DNA of 64,000 nt from a virus. Position numbers and translations under genes: made by a program. Below, piece after piece: positions 46,908 to 56,374 of this stretch (within the stretch, counting starts at the first letter, position 1; every line of letters starts with the position of its first letter). The DNA lies in the IMG/VR virus record IMGVR_UViG_3300039208_000521, one strand, 5' to 3'. A model generated the notes under the pieces. It was not told the origin of the DNA. It saw nothing but the letters and a program-made list of their open reading frames with translations, and did no database searches.

Positions 46908-47342
46908 ATGAAGGTCAAGAGAACGTTTAGCCAAATCCAGCCCAAGAGTTGGATTTTTCACAAAGAACAAAAGCTCTGGGTTGATGAGAATGGTGTCGCC
47001 TGGAATGAGGAGGGCGACAAGAAGATACGTGTGGCCAAGGGCGCCGAGGTTGACCTTTTGGTCGAAAACCCTTCGGACACGTTCATTGCGAACGAGCAAG
47101 GGATTTCGCGCCAAGCGATCAATGAGCGTCGTTCTGAAGGCTGGTCTCAAGAGGAGATCGAAGCCGGCAAGCGTGGCCGACCGCGTCCGAAGAACTACCG
47201 GACACCGATCGCTGAGTATCTCGGCAAGTCAGTCAAAGAGGCAGCCGCAGAACAAGGTGTGACCGGGGCTGAGATCTACCGCCGGTACCACAAAGCGATG
47301 AAGACCAAGGAACGCCAAGCCGAGCTCGCCAAACAACAGTAA
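46908..47342 (+). CDS. basic protein with HTH-like repeats
   Basis: GISRQAINERRSEGWS and SVKEAAAEQGVTGAEIYRRY; preceded by tandem TTATCCTT(G/T)ACA motifs at 46850-46878. Confidence 0.55.
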   Translation: MKVKRTFSQIQPKSWIFHKEQKLWVDENGVAWNEEGDKKIRVAKGAEVDLLVENPSDTFIANEQGISRQAINERRSEGWSQEEIEAGKRGRPRPKNYRTPIAEYLGKSVKEAAAEQGVTGAEIYRRYHKAMKTKERQAELAKQQ

Positions 47343-47362
47343 TTAACGGAGACAGATGATCG

Positions 47363-47914
47363 ATGTGGGAAAACCCCAGAACTACTTCAGCAGAACGGCC
47401 GACGAATAAGGAAGCCGAAGAAGCCCTAATTGCCGAAGGGCAAATTTCCCCGGAAGACATTAAGAATATGCAGGCGGCGCTCGACCATGTCGGCAATATC
47501 GCCAACAACAGTGGCCCAGGTCAATTGGAACGGATGGGCCTGGACCAGGCTAAGCTGAATCTCGTGCATATGCATGCCGGCAACGCGTTCAATTTTCTCT
47601 ATGAGATGAAGAAGGCTCGTCAAGAGCTCCAAGACGCCAAGGAAGAGCATGGTCGGGTCTTGGAAGCGGTTCGAACGGATCTTTTAGAACGTATCGCTCA
47701 AGCTCAGAAAGAAGCCGTCGACGCCAATGCGGTGAACGTCAAGCTCCAAGAAGAAATCAATCAACTCAAGCTGACGCTTGCGACCCAAGTCGGCATAGGT
47801 AACGGCCTTCAACTTGGCATGCATGCCTTGGGTAAGGGTATCACTGAAGGCATGATCCCGCCTCAATCAACTGGCCTGTCACTCAATCAATTGATAGGGG
47901 GCGGCAAAAAATGA
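47363..47914 (+). CDS. coiled-coil protein
   Basis: 183 aa, heptad-rich. Confidence 0.55.
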   Translation: MWENPRTTSAERPTNKEAEEALIAEGQISPEDIKNMQAALDHVGNIANNSGPGQLERMGLDQAKLNLVHMHAGNAFNFLYEMKKARQELQDAKEEHGRVLEAVRTDLLERIAQAQKEAVDANAVNVKLQEEINQLKLTLATQVGIGNGLQLGMHALGKGITEGMIPPQSTGLSLNQLIGGGKK

Positions 47915-48801
47915 TGACTGTTGCTCAGTTGATTTCCAAGATTAACCAAAATTGCCCGCCGGGATGTCAGGACAAGGTTGTGGTGTCCGACGATATTTGT
48001 GGGACGGTCGGTCCTTTGGTGAATGTCCGCTATCGCCATGAGAGCGGCAAGATGATTTTGGATCTCGTCTATGGAGGCGACGAGAAATGAAGAATGCCGA
48101 TTTGATCGATGCCCTTAGCCAATATGGGCCTGATACTGAAGTCGGTGTTGTACGTTCGGGCCTTAATTTCACACCAATGCTCAGTGTTGGTGTCCGAACC
48201 CAGAACCCCGACGACCCGTTGAAGGTCGACCGGTTCAATGGTGAGACTAAGGAAGGCAGTTCGGTGATCGAGTTGACTTTTATGTCAACTTTGGAAGCCT
48301 CTCGAAGTGTCAGGAAAAAGCAATGAAGCCTCTCGATAAAGCAACTGTTTTAGGGATGCTGGATAAGGTTTCTGATGACGAGCCGGTGTTTCTCCTTCGT
48401 GCGCAAGATGAATATTCTTTTCAGGCTTTGGTAGCTTGGTTGGCGGGATTTCCCACGATTGACATCGGCCGGAATACGAAAATTCTCAATCCATGGAGAT
48501 CTTGGCAAAATCAAAACAAGACTAAGGCTCCAGATTGAAAGCCCTTCGCCACAGCCTTCACTTGCTTGTGATCGGGATAATCGGTTTCACCCTGTACGGG
48601 ATATATGAATTTCAGTTCGAAGCCGGGATCATATACAGTATGGTACTGTTCTTGGTGATTTTGAACTATCTGACCGATTATCCCATTTGGTCTAAACCGA
48701 AGTGGCTCAACTTTAAGAAGAAAAAGAAACTCACAAAAGTCGATTCCTTGATGGAACATACGGTGAATTCTGACGACTGGTTAGACGAAAAATACAGGTG
48801 A
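47911..48801 (+). other. four small genes (47911-48090, 48087-48326, 48323-48538, 48535-48801 membrane)
   Basis: Coupled ORFs; 48323 has the phage-common EPVFLLRAQD motif. Confidence 0.55.
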
Positions 48802-49040
48802 GGATATGCACAAAATATGGGACAAATACCCAAAAGACCATCTGATCGTGCAAATCAAAGAGGCGACGCCGGACACTTGGCAGCCTTTGCCCAGGCCTTC
48901 TCATGAGATCTTGAAACAGCATAACACCTTGCCACGCCGTAGATTTAGTGCGATATCCGGGTCAAGGATAATTTTCGCTGGTGTATTAGTTTTAGCTCTC
49001 GGGCTAAGCTTCGGCGCTGGCATGGCCACACAAATTAACT

Positions 49041-49997
49041 TTGGACCGGAAGAAGCGTATGGACGAGAATCAATTGAGAAAGGTGTTGGGAGCGGCATCG
49101 GGGGCTTGGGAAGCTGGTACGGCGAACTTGATTCACGGAGTAGCGCGTGCCTCCGTCGAGGCCTTCAAGGAGACCTTGCCGAGCGAAGAGCCCGACATCC
49201 CGTCTCCGACCCCGCTACCCACGCCTACATCCTTCAGGGTTTTTGACCAGATGCGCTACGCCGGGAAACCCCCGGCTGCCGAGCTAGGAGCAAGGAAAGC
49301 CAAGATCCTCTACCAAGGCGCCTTTGATATTGATGACGACGGCAAGCTTCCGCCGGAACGCCACATCAAGCAGCTAGCCCGCAATAACCCTGATGATGTC
49401 ATTGTTCTCGACATCGAGCACCCGGCTTGGCTGAACAAGAATGACTGGTCATTCACTGGAATTGGCGTCAATCGCTACGAGACGATTACCCGTTGGTGGG
49501 GCCTCTACGCCGCCGCATCACAGCTCTTCGGTCTCTATGGTGTGACGACGGCGCGCAACGTCCTTGATGCCGTGGCTGGACCAGGACAACGCCGTTGGGA
49601 TTGGTGGCAGGGTGTCAATAACCAGGCCGCGAAGATTGTCCCTAATGTGCCGGCCCTCTTCCCGTCTGGCTATTTATTTTATGATGACGCCGAGAAAAAC
49701 GATCGGTACCTCAAACATAACGTTGCCGAGGCAAGGCGCACCGGTGGTGATCGGCCGGTCTATGTTTATGTCTGGCCACAGGGCCATAGCTCGGCGATTG
49801 ACGGTAGCATTAAGAACCAGCCTATTCCCCCGAAGCTTTGGAGAGCATGTCTTGAGTCAGTCGCAAAGTACGCGGACGGATGTGTCATTTGGACAAAGTC
49901 GTCACAGACCAAACGCCTGCCTTGGTCAAGTGTCGCAGGCGCCGGTAAAAACACATGGTGGACTGAAACCGAAAGGTTCATTCGGTCAATTGCCTGA
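49041..49997 (+). CDS. glycoside hydrolase, GH56 hyaluronidase-like TIM barrel
   Basis: PT-rich linker, then VIVLDIE, FGLYG, LFPSGY, RPVYVY, GCVIW in the order seen in GH56 enzymes. Confidence 0.6.
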   Translation: MDRKKRMDENQLRKVLGAASGAWEAGTANLIHGVARASVEAFKETLPSEEPDIPSPTPLPTPTSFRVFDQMRYAGKPPAAELGARKAKILYQGAFDIDDDGKLPPERHIKQLARNNPDDVIVLDIEHPAWLNKNDWSFTGIGVNRYETITRWWGLYAAASQLFGLYGVTTARNVLDAVAGPGQRRWDWWQGVNNQAAKIVPNVPALFPSGYLFYDDAEKNDRYLKHNVAEARRTGGDRPVYVYVWPQGHSSAIDGSIKNQPIPPKLWRACLESVAKYADGCVIWTKSSQTKRLPWSSVAGAGKNTWWTETERFIRSIA

Positions 49998-50408
49998 TAT
50001 CGGCTTGGACTCCAGCGATGCATTCGTTTTGACCATTATATGCACCGTTGGTTTCGTATGCGGCGTTAAGGTTCTTCAGGCGGCGTTCTTTTGATCTGTT
50101 AACCTCTTGAAATTCAATTGATTAGATCTACACATTATCTGGGTATTATACGCCCGGATAGTGTGAGATCGCATGCCTTGTTGCCATTTCTTCAACTGTA
50201 ACGAGACTGAAGGCGTCCATCCCTATCATATCGTGCATGATCTCTATGTAATGCTGTGTCCCGGCCATGCCAGCCTTGCTTTAAGCGCGAGAAAATCTAC
50301 AGTAGCATTGATCGAGTTTCTCGTGGCTTTGAAAGGCAATGACCCGGAATACCGTCAAGCCATGCGGAACTTTGTCATTGCGGAGACTATGCGGGTTATT
50401 GATGGGCG

Positions 50409-50966
50409 ATGAGTGAAGAAGCAGCCGATATTGCGTATCTCTGGGACTCAGACGCCAATGACTTGGTTGGACTTGACGCTGTTAAGCGAGCCGAGTTCCT
50501 AGGCTTTGTCGAAGAGTTGGGGATGGTAGAGCCGGCCGGCGCCATGGTCGGGCTAACTATCGCTGATATCCAGAACGCTATGGAGGGCGATAGTCGGCTT
50601 CAGACGGATATTCTTTTGGCGGTCGGTCGCTATAAAGCGAACTTCCTACGCCGGATGAATCATCTCGCCTTCGAGGGGTCCGAGAAAATGGTGGTTGGCG
50701 GCAAAGATCGCAATATTCCGATCGGTGTGGATGTTATCCCAAACGACGCCGCCTTGAAGCTCTTGGCGCAGATGAAGTTCGGCGATGACTTGGCAATCGT
50801 CACTCGGCAGCGCATTGAAGCTGAAATGAAGCCCTCGGGCTCTGATCAAGTTCAAGCCGATTTCTCGCAGCTTACAGGCGATGAGCGCAAAGATATGGCT
50901 CGTTTGATGAAGAAGGCACAGAAACAGAAGAAGTTGATGAAGGAGGTAAAACCAGATGGCGAATGA
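50409..50966 (+). CDS. probable terminase small subunit
   Basis: Position upstream of TerL; HLAFEG...NDAALKLLAQMK...DFSQL pattern. Confidence 0.6.
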   Translation: MSEEAADIAYLWDSDANDLVGLDAVKRAEFLGFVEELGMVEPAGAMVGLTIADIQNAMEGDSRLQTDILLAVGRYKANFLRRMNHLAFEGSEKMVVGGKDRNIPIGVDVIPNDAALKLLAQMKFGDDLAIVTRQRIEAEMKPSGSDQVQADFSQLTGDERKDMARLMKKAQKQKKLMKEVKPDGE

Positions 50967-51162
50967 TAGGCACCAACAGTTTGTGACTAAATACTTTCAG
51001 TACGGTCACTTGCCGGATCATCTTCAGGGGACATCACGGATGTTTCATGAAGTGGCTGTCCAGTTGCTGGATATGTATGCTTATGACGACGCCGAGTTGA
51101 TGGTTGCTTTTCGTAAGCTCCTGGAAGCCAAGGACTGTGCTGTTCGGGCGGCGTTGCCGTAA
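50956..51162 (+). CDS. conserved small phage helical-hairpin protein
   Basis: FQYGHLPDHLQ...FRKLLEAKDCAVRAAL. Confidence 0.65.
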   Translation: MANDRHQQFVTKYFQYGHLPDHLQGTSRMFHEVAVQLLDMYAYDDAELMVAFRKLLEAKDCAVRAALP

Positions 51163-51175
51163 GGCATGTAGAGAA

Positions 51176-51457
51176 ATGAGCAGCCGCGTTATCGGAGCCT
51201 TAATCGGTATTTGGTCATATTTGCAAAGATACCGAAATGAGCTGTGTGTCGAAGGACAGACTAAGAATGTTCTACGGTATGCATTTAAAAGAGCTTGGTT
51301 AAATGTTCTAAGAAGAAATAAAGATGATCTTCACCCAGATCATAGAGAACAACTAGAGAGACAAAATAGTGCAAGAGAAGTGTACCAAAAAGAAACAGTA
51401 ACTTATTCGGGAGAAACTATTCATCCGCCCACTATAAGCCATGGCCCTAAAGAGTGA
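51176..51457 (+). CDS. hypothetical protein (AT-rich insert)
   Basis: Start MSSRVIG within the track ORF. Confidence 0.45.
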   Translation: MSSRVIGALIGIWSYLQRYRNELCVEGQTKNVLRYAFKRAWLNVLRRNKDDLHPDHREQLERQNSAREVYQKETVTYSGETIHPPTISHGPKE

Positions 51458-52995
51458 AACGCCGAGCCCCTCTTAACATCGACAAGGCTCTCTGTGAGCT
51501 GGAGCTCCGCTCCTTCGTCAATCAGATGTGGCCTGTTTTGGAGCCGGGGCGAACCTTCACTAACGGTATGCCAGTCGATGCTGTTTGTGAGCACTTGGAG
51601 GCGGTTGCTGAAGGCCAGATAAAACGTCTGGTCATCAACATCCCGCCGGGTTGCACCAAGTCGATGCTGACCAATGTGTTTTGGCCGTGTTGGATATGGG
51701 GGCCCCGGCGAAGACCTTCTGCACGGTTCTTGTCAATCGCCTACAACGCCGGTTTGACGGTGAGAGACAACCGCAGATCTAGAACCCTATTGGAGTCACA
51801 TGAATATAAACAACTTTGGCCCCATGTTAGTCTCAATCCTCACGAACAAAACGTACAGAAGTTTTCAAATCTACAACAAGGCTTCCGAATGGCGTCGTCC
51901 ACAGGCGGGCGAGTCATGGGTGAGCGCGCCGATATTGTTATTATTGATGACCCAAATGACACGGCCAAGGTCGAATCAGAACAAGCGATCGAGAGCGCTC
52001 TCCAATTTTTCACAGAAGTGCTCCCCACGCGCATTAATGATCCCAAAGAAAGCTGCATGGTCGTCATTATGCAAAGGGTCCACTCGCGGGATATTTCCGG
52101 TTTCATCCTTAGCCAAGAGCTTGGTTGGGATCACCTTTGCCTTCCCATGTGGTACGAGAAGGATAGGCATTGTGTCACGTCGATAGGGTTTGAAGACTGG
52201 CGCCGAGAAGAAGGGGAACTCTTATGGCCGGAACGGTTCGATGAGACATCTCTCGCACGGGATGTCAAAATCATGCGCGCCTGGGGCGGCGACTTCGCTA
52301 TCGCTGGACAAATGCAACAGCGTCCAGTTGGTCGTGAAGGCGGCATGTTCAAGAAGAAATACTTTGAAATTGTCGACGTTGTCCCGCCTGGGGGCCGTAT
52401 CGTTAGGGGTTGGGATCTTGCCGCTACGTCGAAAGCTCAAAATCCTAGAGCGGCGTTTACGACCGGTGTTAAGGCGAAAATTGTCGGTGGGGTCTTATAC
52501 ATTCTTGATGTGGTACGAACCCGAAAAGAACCGGCCCAGGTCGAGGAATTCGTTTACCAGTGCGCTTTAGCTGATGGCCGGAAAGTTACGCAAGACATAC
52601 CTCAAGATCCGGGCCAATCAGGCAAAACACAAAAAGTCGCGTATGGAAAAAGGCTCGAAGGCTTCGACGTCCGCTTCAGCCCGGAAACCGGCGACAAGAC
52701 CAACAGAGCCATTCCCTTGTCAGCAAAGGGAGAACTTGGTCTAATAAAACTCGCTCGCGGGATGTGGAATGAAGACTTTTTGTCTGAAATCACTATGTTT
52801 CCACGGGGAGATTACAAGGATCAGGTCGATGCTCTTAGCCGTTGCTATGGGCGCTTGCTTGTGCAACCTGTCCCCAAAGTACCAGCCAAACCGATATTGG
52901 TGACAGCTCATGGCGACACTGCTAGCCCCTCGCAAGGATCCTTCCGACCGCCGGTTGGTGAATCAACACGGGGTGCCGATACCCCAGCGAATTAG
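51454..52995 (+). CDS. terL: terminase large subunit
   Basis: NIPPGCTKS Walker A, IVIIDDP Walker B, MQRVH, GWDLA nuclease motif, DQVDA. Confidence 0.95.
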   Translation: MKRRAPLNIDKALCELELRSFVNQMWPVLEPGRTFTNGMPVDAVCEHLEAVAEGQIKRLVINIPPGCTKSMLTNVFWPCWIWGPRRRPSARFLSIAYNAGLTVRDNRRSRTLLESHEYKQLWPHVSLNPHEQNVQKFSNLQQGFRMASSTGGRVMGERADIVIIDDPNDTAKVESEQAIESALQFFTEVLPTRINDPKESCMVVIMQRVHSRDISGFILSQELGWDHLCLPMWYEKDRHCVTSIGFEDWRREEGELLWPERFDETSLARDVKIMRAWGGDFAIAGQMQQRPVGREGGMFKKKYFEIVDVVPPGGRIVRGWDLAATSKAQNPRAAFTTGVKAKIVGGVLYILDVVRTRKEPAQVEEFVYQCALADGRKVTQDIPQDPGQSGKTQKVAYGKRLEGFDVRFSPETGDKTNRAIPLSAKGELGLIKLARGMWNEDFLSEITMFPRGDYKDQVDALSRCYGRLLVQPVPKVPAKPILVTAHGDTASPSQGSFRPPVGESTRGADTPAN

Positions 52996-54547
52996 AGAGA
53001 CCAATGTTGCTCGGACCCGAGGCGGTGCTGGGTTTTCGGTTCATGGCGGTTATCTCGATGAGAAAGAGACGTCTGGCTCTCTTACCGGCCGGGAACGCTT
53101 CCGCACTTATTCTCAAATCCTTGCCGATACGACCATCGTCGCTTCCGGTGTCCGGTACTTCTTGAACCTTGCCGCCAAGACACCTTGGAAGGCGAGGCCG
53201 GCGAACGATACCCCTGAAGCCAAGGAAATGGCTGAGTTCGTCGAGAAGATGTTTAAGGAGATGAAGACCCCGATGCACCGGGTCGTTCGTCAAGCAGCGA
53301 TGCACCGCATGTACGGCTTCGCCACCATGGAGTGGACAGCCGAAAGGATGGACGATGAACGAGGAAGTTACCGGGTCTCGCACATCGAGAACCGCCCGCA
53401 ATGGACGATCGAGCAGTGGGACACAGATTTCTCAGGCCGAGTTCTTGGCGTTATCCAGTGGCCTATCCAACAACCTAGTCTCCGAATCTATCTTCCTAGA
53501 AACAAACTCGTCTACCTCTGTGATAACTCATTCACGGATGATCCGAGAGGTTTGGGCATTCTTCGACACGTCGTCCGTCCGGTCAAACAACTTAGAGACT
53601 ACGAGCGCTTAGAGCATATCGGCTTCGCGACCGATATGAAGGGTATTCCGGTTGCCAAGGCCCCGCTTGCGGAAATTCAGGCCGCACAGGACAATGGCGA
53701 TCTTGAAGAGGCAGACGCCTTGGAGATCACCAAACCTCTCCGGGACTTCATCACCAATCATATCCGGGGCACGGACACCGGTATCCTCTTAGATAGTTCT
53801 GTTTACGCCGGGAGTGGTGAAGATGAGACCCCAATCAAAGCCGAAAAGTTCTCGATTGAGCTCTTGTCCGGTGGCTCCTATGGCCACAAGGAAATTGCTG
53901 AAGCCATTGAGCGTATCAACCGGGAGATCGCCCGAGTTCTGGGAGTCGAACAATTACTCTTGGGCGCGGATAGTGCCGGTTCTCTCGCCCTCTCGCGTGA
54001 TAAAAGCCAAGCGTTTTTCATGGTGGTTAACGCAGCGCTGAGCGAAATCAAGTCCGCCCTTATCGCTGATATCCTCATGCCGATATGGGCGCTGAATAAT
54101 TTCGACCCGGAGCTGATGCCCCAACTTGACTTTGAGAGCGTTGAGTTCAAAGACCCTGAACAGATCTCGAAAGTCATCAAAGACCTTGCGACGTCCGGTG
54201 TTCCGATTGAAACCGAAGATCCCCTTGTCACGGAGTTGCTGGCGGTTGTCGGTCTGTCGCCGCTTGATCTTGCGTTGCGTGACGAGAAGATGGAAATCCG
54301 TATCCAAATGGCTCGTCTCGGTCTTGATGAGAATGGTCTTCCGCTTCCAGGCGGCAATCCTTTCATGCAGCAAGCCGGTCCTAGCGGGGGCTCTTCTAGT
54401 GAGTCTAGTCCTGGTCAACTCTCAGGTAATCTTGCTGGCGTTGATCCTGGGGGTAGCGCTGATGACGCTCTTCGCGCCTTGCAAGGAAGACGAGCGGCTA
54501 GAAGCAATCAAGCGCGCCCTCAAAGACCAACCAATGTCCCGAGGTAA
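52910..54547 (+). CDS. portal protein (DUF935/Mu gp29-like)
   Basis: Follows TerL; DDPRGLGILR, INREIARVLG motifs; 545 aa. Confidence 0.85.
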   Translation: MATLLAPRKDPSDRRLVNQHGVPIPQRIRETNVARTRGGAGFSVHGGYLDEKETSGSLTGRERFRTYSQILADTTIVASGVRYFLNLAAKTPWKARPANDTPEAKEMAEFVEKMFKEMKTPMHRVVRQAAMHRMYGFATMEWTAERMDDERGSYRVSHIENRPQWTIEQWDTDFSGRVLGVIQWPIQQPSLRIYLPRNKLVYLCDNSFTDDPRGLGILRHVVRPVKQLRDYERLEHIGFATDMKGIPVAKAPLAEIQAAQDNGDLEEADALEITKPLRDFITNHIRGTDTGILLDSSVYAGSGEDETPIKAEKFSIELLSGGSYGHKEIAEAIERINREIARVLGVEQLLLGADSAGSLALSRDKSQAFFMVVNAALSEIKSALIADILMPIWALNNFDPELMPQLDFESVEFKDPEQISKVIKDLATSGVPIETEDPLVTELLAVVGLSPLDLALRDEKMEIRIQMARLGLDENGLPLPGGNPFMQQAGPSGGSSSESSPGQLSGNLAGVDPGGSADDALRALQGRRAARSNQARPQRPTNVPR

Positions 54548-54552
54548 GACCG

Positions 54553-55095
54553 ATGGCCCTAACTAGCCCTGTTGTTGTCGGAAGCGTTAACATACAGGGG
54601 AACGATTACCCCATATTCGGAACGCAGGACCGGGCGACCGAGTACCATACCGGCGCGCTCTCCGGGGCGACGTTCACGGGTGCTGACTTCACGGTTCAAC
54701 AGCAAGCCTTGGCGACCGCGTACCGGCAACTGGATCGCCAGAATTGGCGTGATGGTTTCCCTGTTCAGGCCGATCTTACCGTGCCCTTGGATATCGAGTT
54801 CGCCAGCTATGAGCTTGCGGCTGTTTTGATCGCTGATCCCACGACGTTCAATCAACGGAACACGGGCTCTAATCAAAAGCGCCTTCGAGCCGGATCCGTT
54901 GAAATCGAGTTCTTCAGCCGAACAGACCGGAGCACGGGTATTGGTGGCGCTGGCATCTTCCCACCCCAAGTCCTTGACCTGATCAAGCAATATCTGGCAT
55001 CTCAGGTTTCAATTATCACACCTACGGTCGGGGGAACCGCGAACCAGTCGAATGTTCTGGATGTCGATCAGTTCGGGATAACAGAACCCCTTTAA
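54553..55095 (+). CDS. head-tail adaptor (DnaT-like family)
   Basis: QALATAYRQLD...ASYELA...RLRAGSVEIEF...FP.VLDLIKQYL. Confidence 0.7.
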   Translation: MALTSPVVVGSVNIQGNDYPIFGTQDRATEYHTGALSGATFTGADFTVQQQALATAYRQLDRQNWRDGFPVQADLTVPLDIEFASYELAAVLIADPTTFNQRNTGSNQKRLRAGSVEIEFFSRTDRSTGIGGAGIFPPQVLDLIKQYLASQVSIITPTVGGTANQSNVLDVDQFGITEPL

Positions 55096-55107
55096 GGCGA
55101 TGCGACG

Positions 55108-56370
55108 ATGGCAACGGTCTTTGTTGATAGTAACGCTACCGGAGCAAATGACGGGACGTCGTTCGCTGATGCCTTTACGTCTCTAACATCCTATACGCCG
55201 GTTGCAGGCGACGTTGTCTGTATTGCCAGTAATCATGTCGACACGACGGCAACGAATTTCGGTCCTGATGCAAATACAGCCGGGGTTGTTACTTATATAA
55301 GTGTCAATAGTGGCACAGAAGTATTTGAGACGGGTGCGGATTTTTCTGCAAACGTTAATATGAATTTTGATAATGCTCATCTCTATGGGTTGACATTAGC
55401 TGCCAATGCTAATCGGGACTTTGATGTTTCGAATGATCGGCATGCTTACTTCTATCGATGCACGCTCTCCATGGACCGGTTCGTCATTACCGGCAAAGTG
55501 CTGTTGGAAGATTGCACCACGACAGTTCGAAACGCTCAGGCTCTCTTCACCCAAAGCGATTTGTTCGAGGTTCGGGGCGGATCTATCACGGCCACGGCTA
55601 CCGGTGCGGGGTCGGCTCTTGGCCAAGTCAATGATGGTGAGATGCTCTTGAATGGTGTCGATCTAAGTGCGGTCGACAATGAGAGTCTCGTGATAACCAC
55701 CAACCTTGCTAGGCGCGTTCGGTTCAAATGCTATGGGTGTGAGCTCCCGGTTGGGATCGACATCCGGCAAGCCGGTGACGGCAATTTAGAGACCCTGGTC
55801 GTAAACAGCACCGATGGAACGTTGACCGATCCCACGCTGACCTATTCCTATGAAGATGATAACGGCCGGTGTGTTCATGACACAGCTGTGACCCGCACCG
55901 ACGGTGCGAGTGATGGCACGACGTCTTACACGATGCGGTTGACGGCCCTCGCTAACCAGACCTTGAAGTCGGTGAAGCCCGCTATTCATGGGTTCGAGCC
56001 GATCAGTGTGTTCGTCCCTGCGACCGCGACCGAAGTCACGCTCTTCGTGGCTCATAATGGTGTCGGCAGTGGGGCAGCCGGTGCCCTTCAAAATGATGAG
56101 TGCTGGATTTCCTATCTCGGTCCCTCGCAAGCGGCGACCGCGACAGCTGCCCTTCAATACCTAACCAGTAAAGCCGAGTTCGGCGTTACCCCAACCGATC
56201 TTCCGACTGACGCATCGGTCTGGTCCGGCACCGGTGTCGGTACCGTTCAACGGATTGATCTTGCCATCGACCCAACTGAAGACGGTTACGCCCAAATCTT
56301 CGTCTATCTGGCAACGGGGGCTGTTGCTGACGTCGTCATGCACTTCGACCCAAAACTAGATGTGACCTAG
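55108..56370 (+). CDS. virion structural protein
   Basis: ATVFVDSNATGANDGTSFADAF N-terminal motif; beta-rich. Confidence 0.6.
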   Translation: MATVFVDSNATGANDGTSFADAFTSLTSYTPVAGDVVCIASNHVDTTATNFGPDANTAGVVTYISVNSGTEVFETGADFSANVNMNFDNAHLYGLTLAANANRDFDVSNDRHAYFYRCTLSMDRFVITGKVLLEDCTTTVRNAQALFTQSDLFEVRGGSITATATGAGSALGQVNDGEMLLNGVDLSAVDNESLVITTNLARRVRFKCYGCELPVGIDIRQAGDGNLETLVVNSTDGTLTDPTLTYSYEDDNGRCVHDTAVTRTDGASDGTTSYTMRLTALANQTLKSVKPAIHGFEPISVFVPATATEVTLFVAHNGVGSGAAGALQNDECWISYLGPSQAATATAALQYLTSKAEFGVTPTDLPTDASVWSGTGVGTVQRIDLAIDPTEDGYAQIFVYLATGAVADVVMHFDPKLDVT

Positions 56371-56374
56371 GGCC

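Noticed and set aside
51655-51670. SML in TerL (KSML) and in the XkdF protease (DSML) as members of the SML family
   Set aside because: Single occurrences in long folded proteins are expected by chance; mentioned only as a possible mimicry target.
55961-55971. Additional sRNA target (CCTTGAAGTCG match)
   Set aside because: Isolated 11-mer inside a coding region without the other two blocks; expected by chance.
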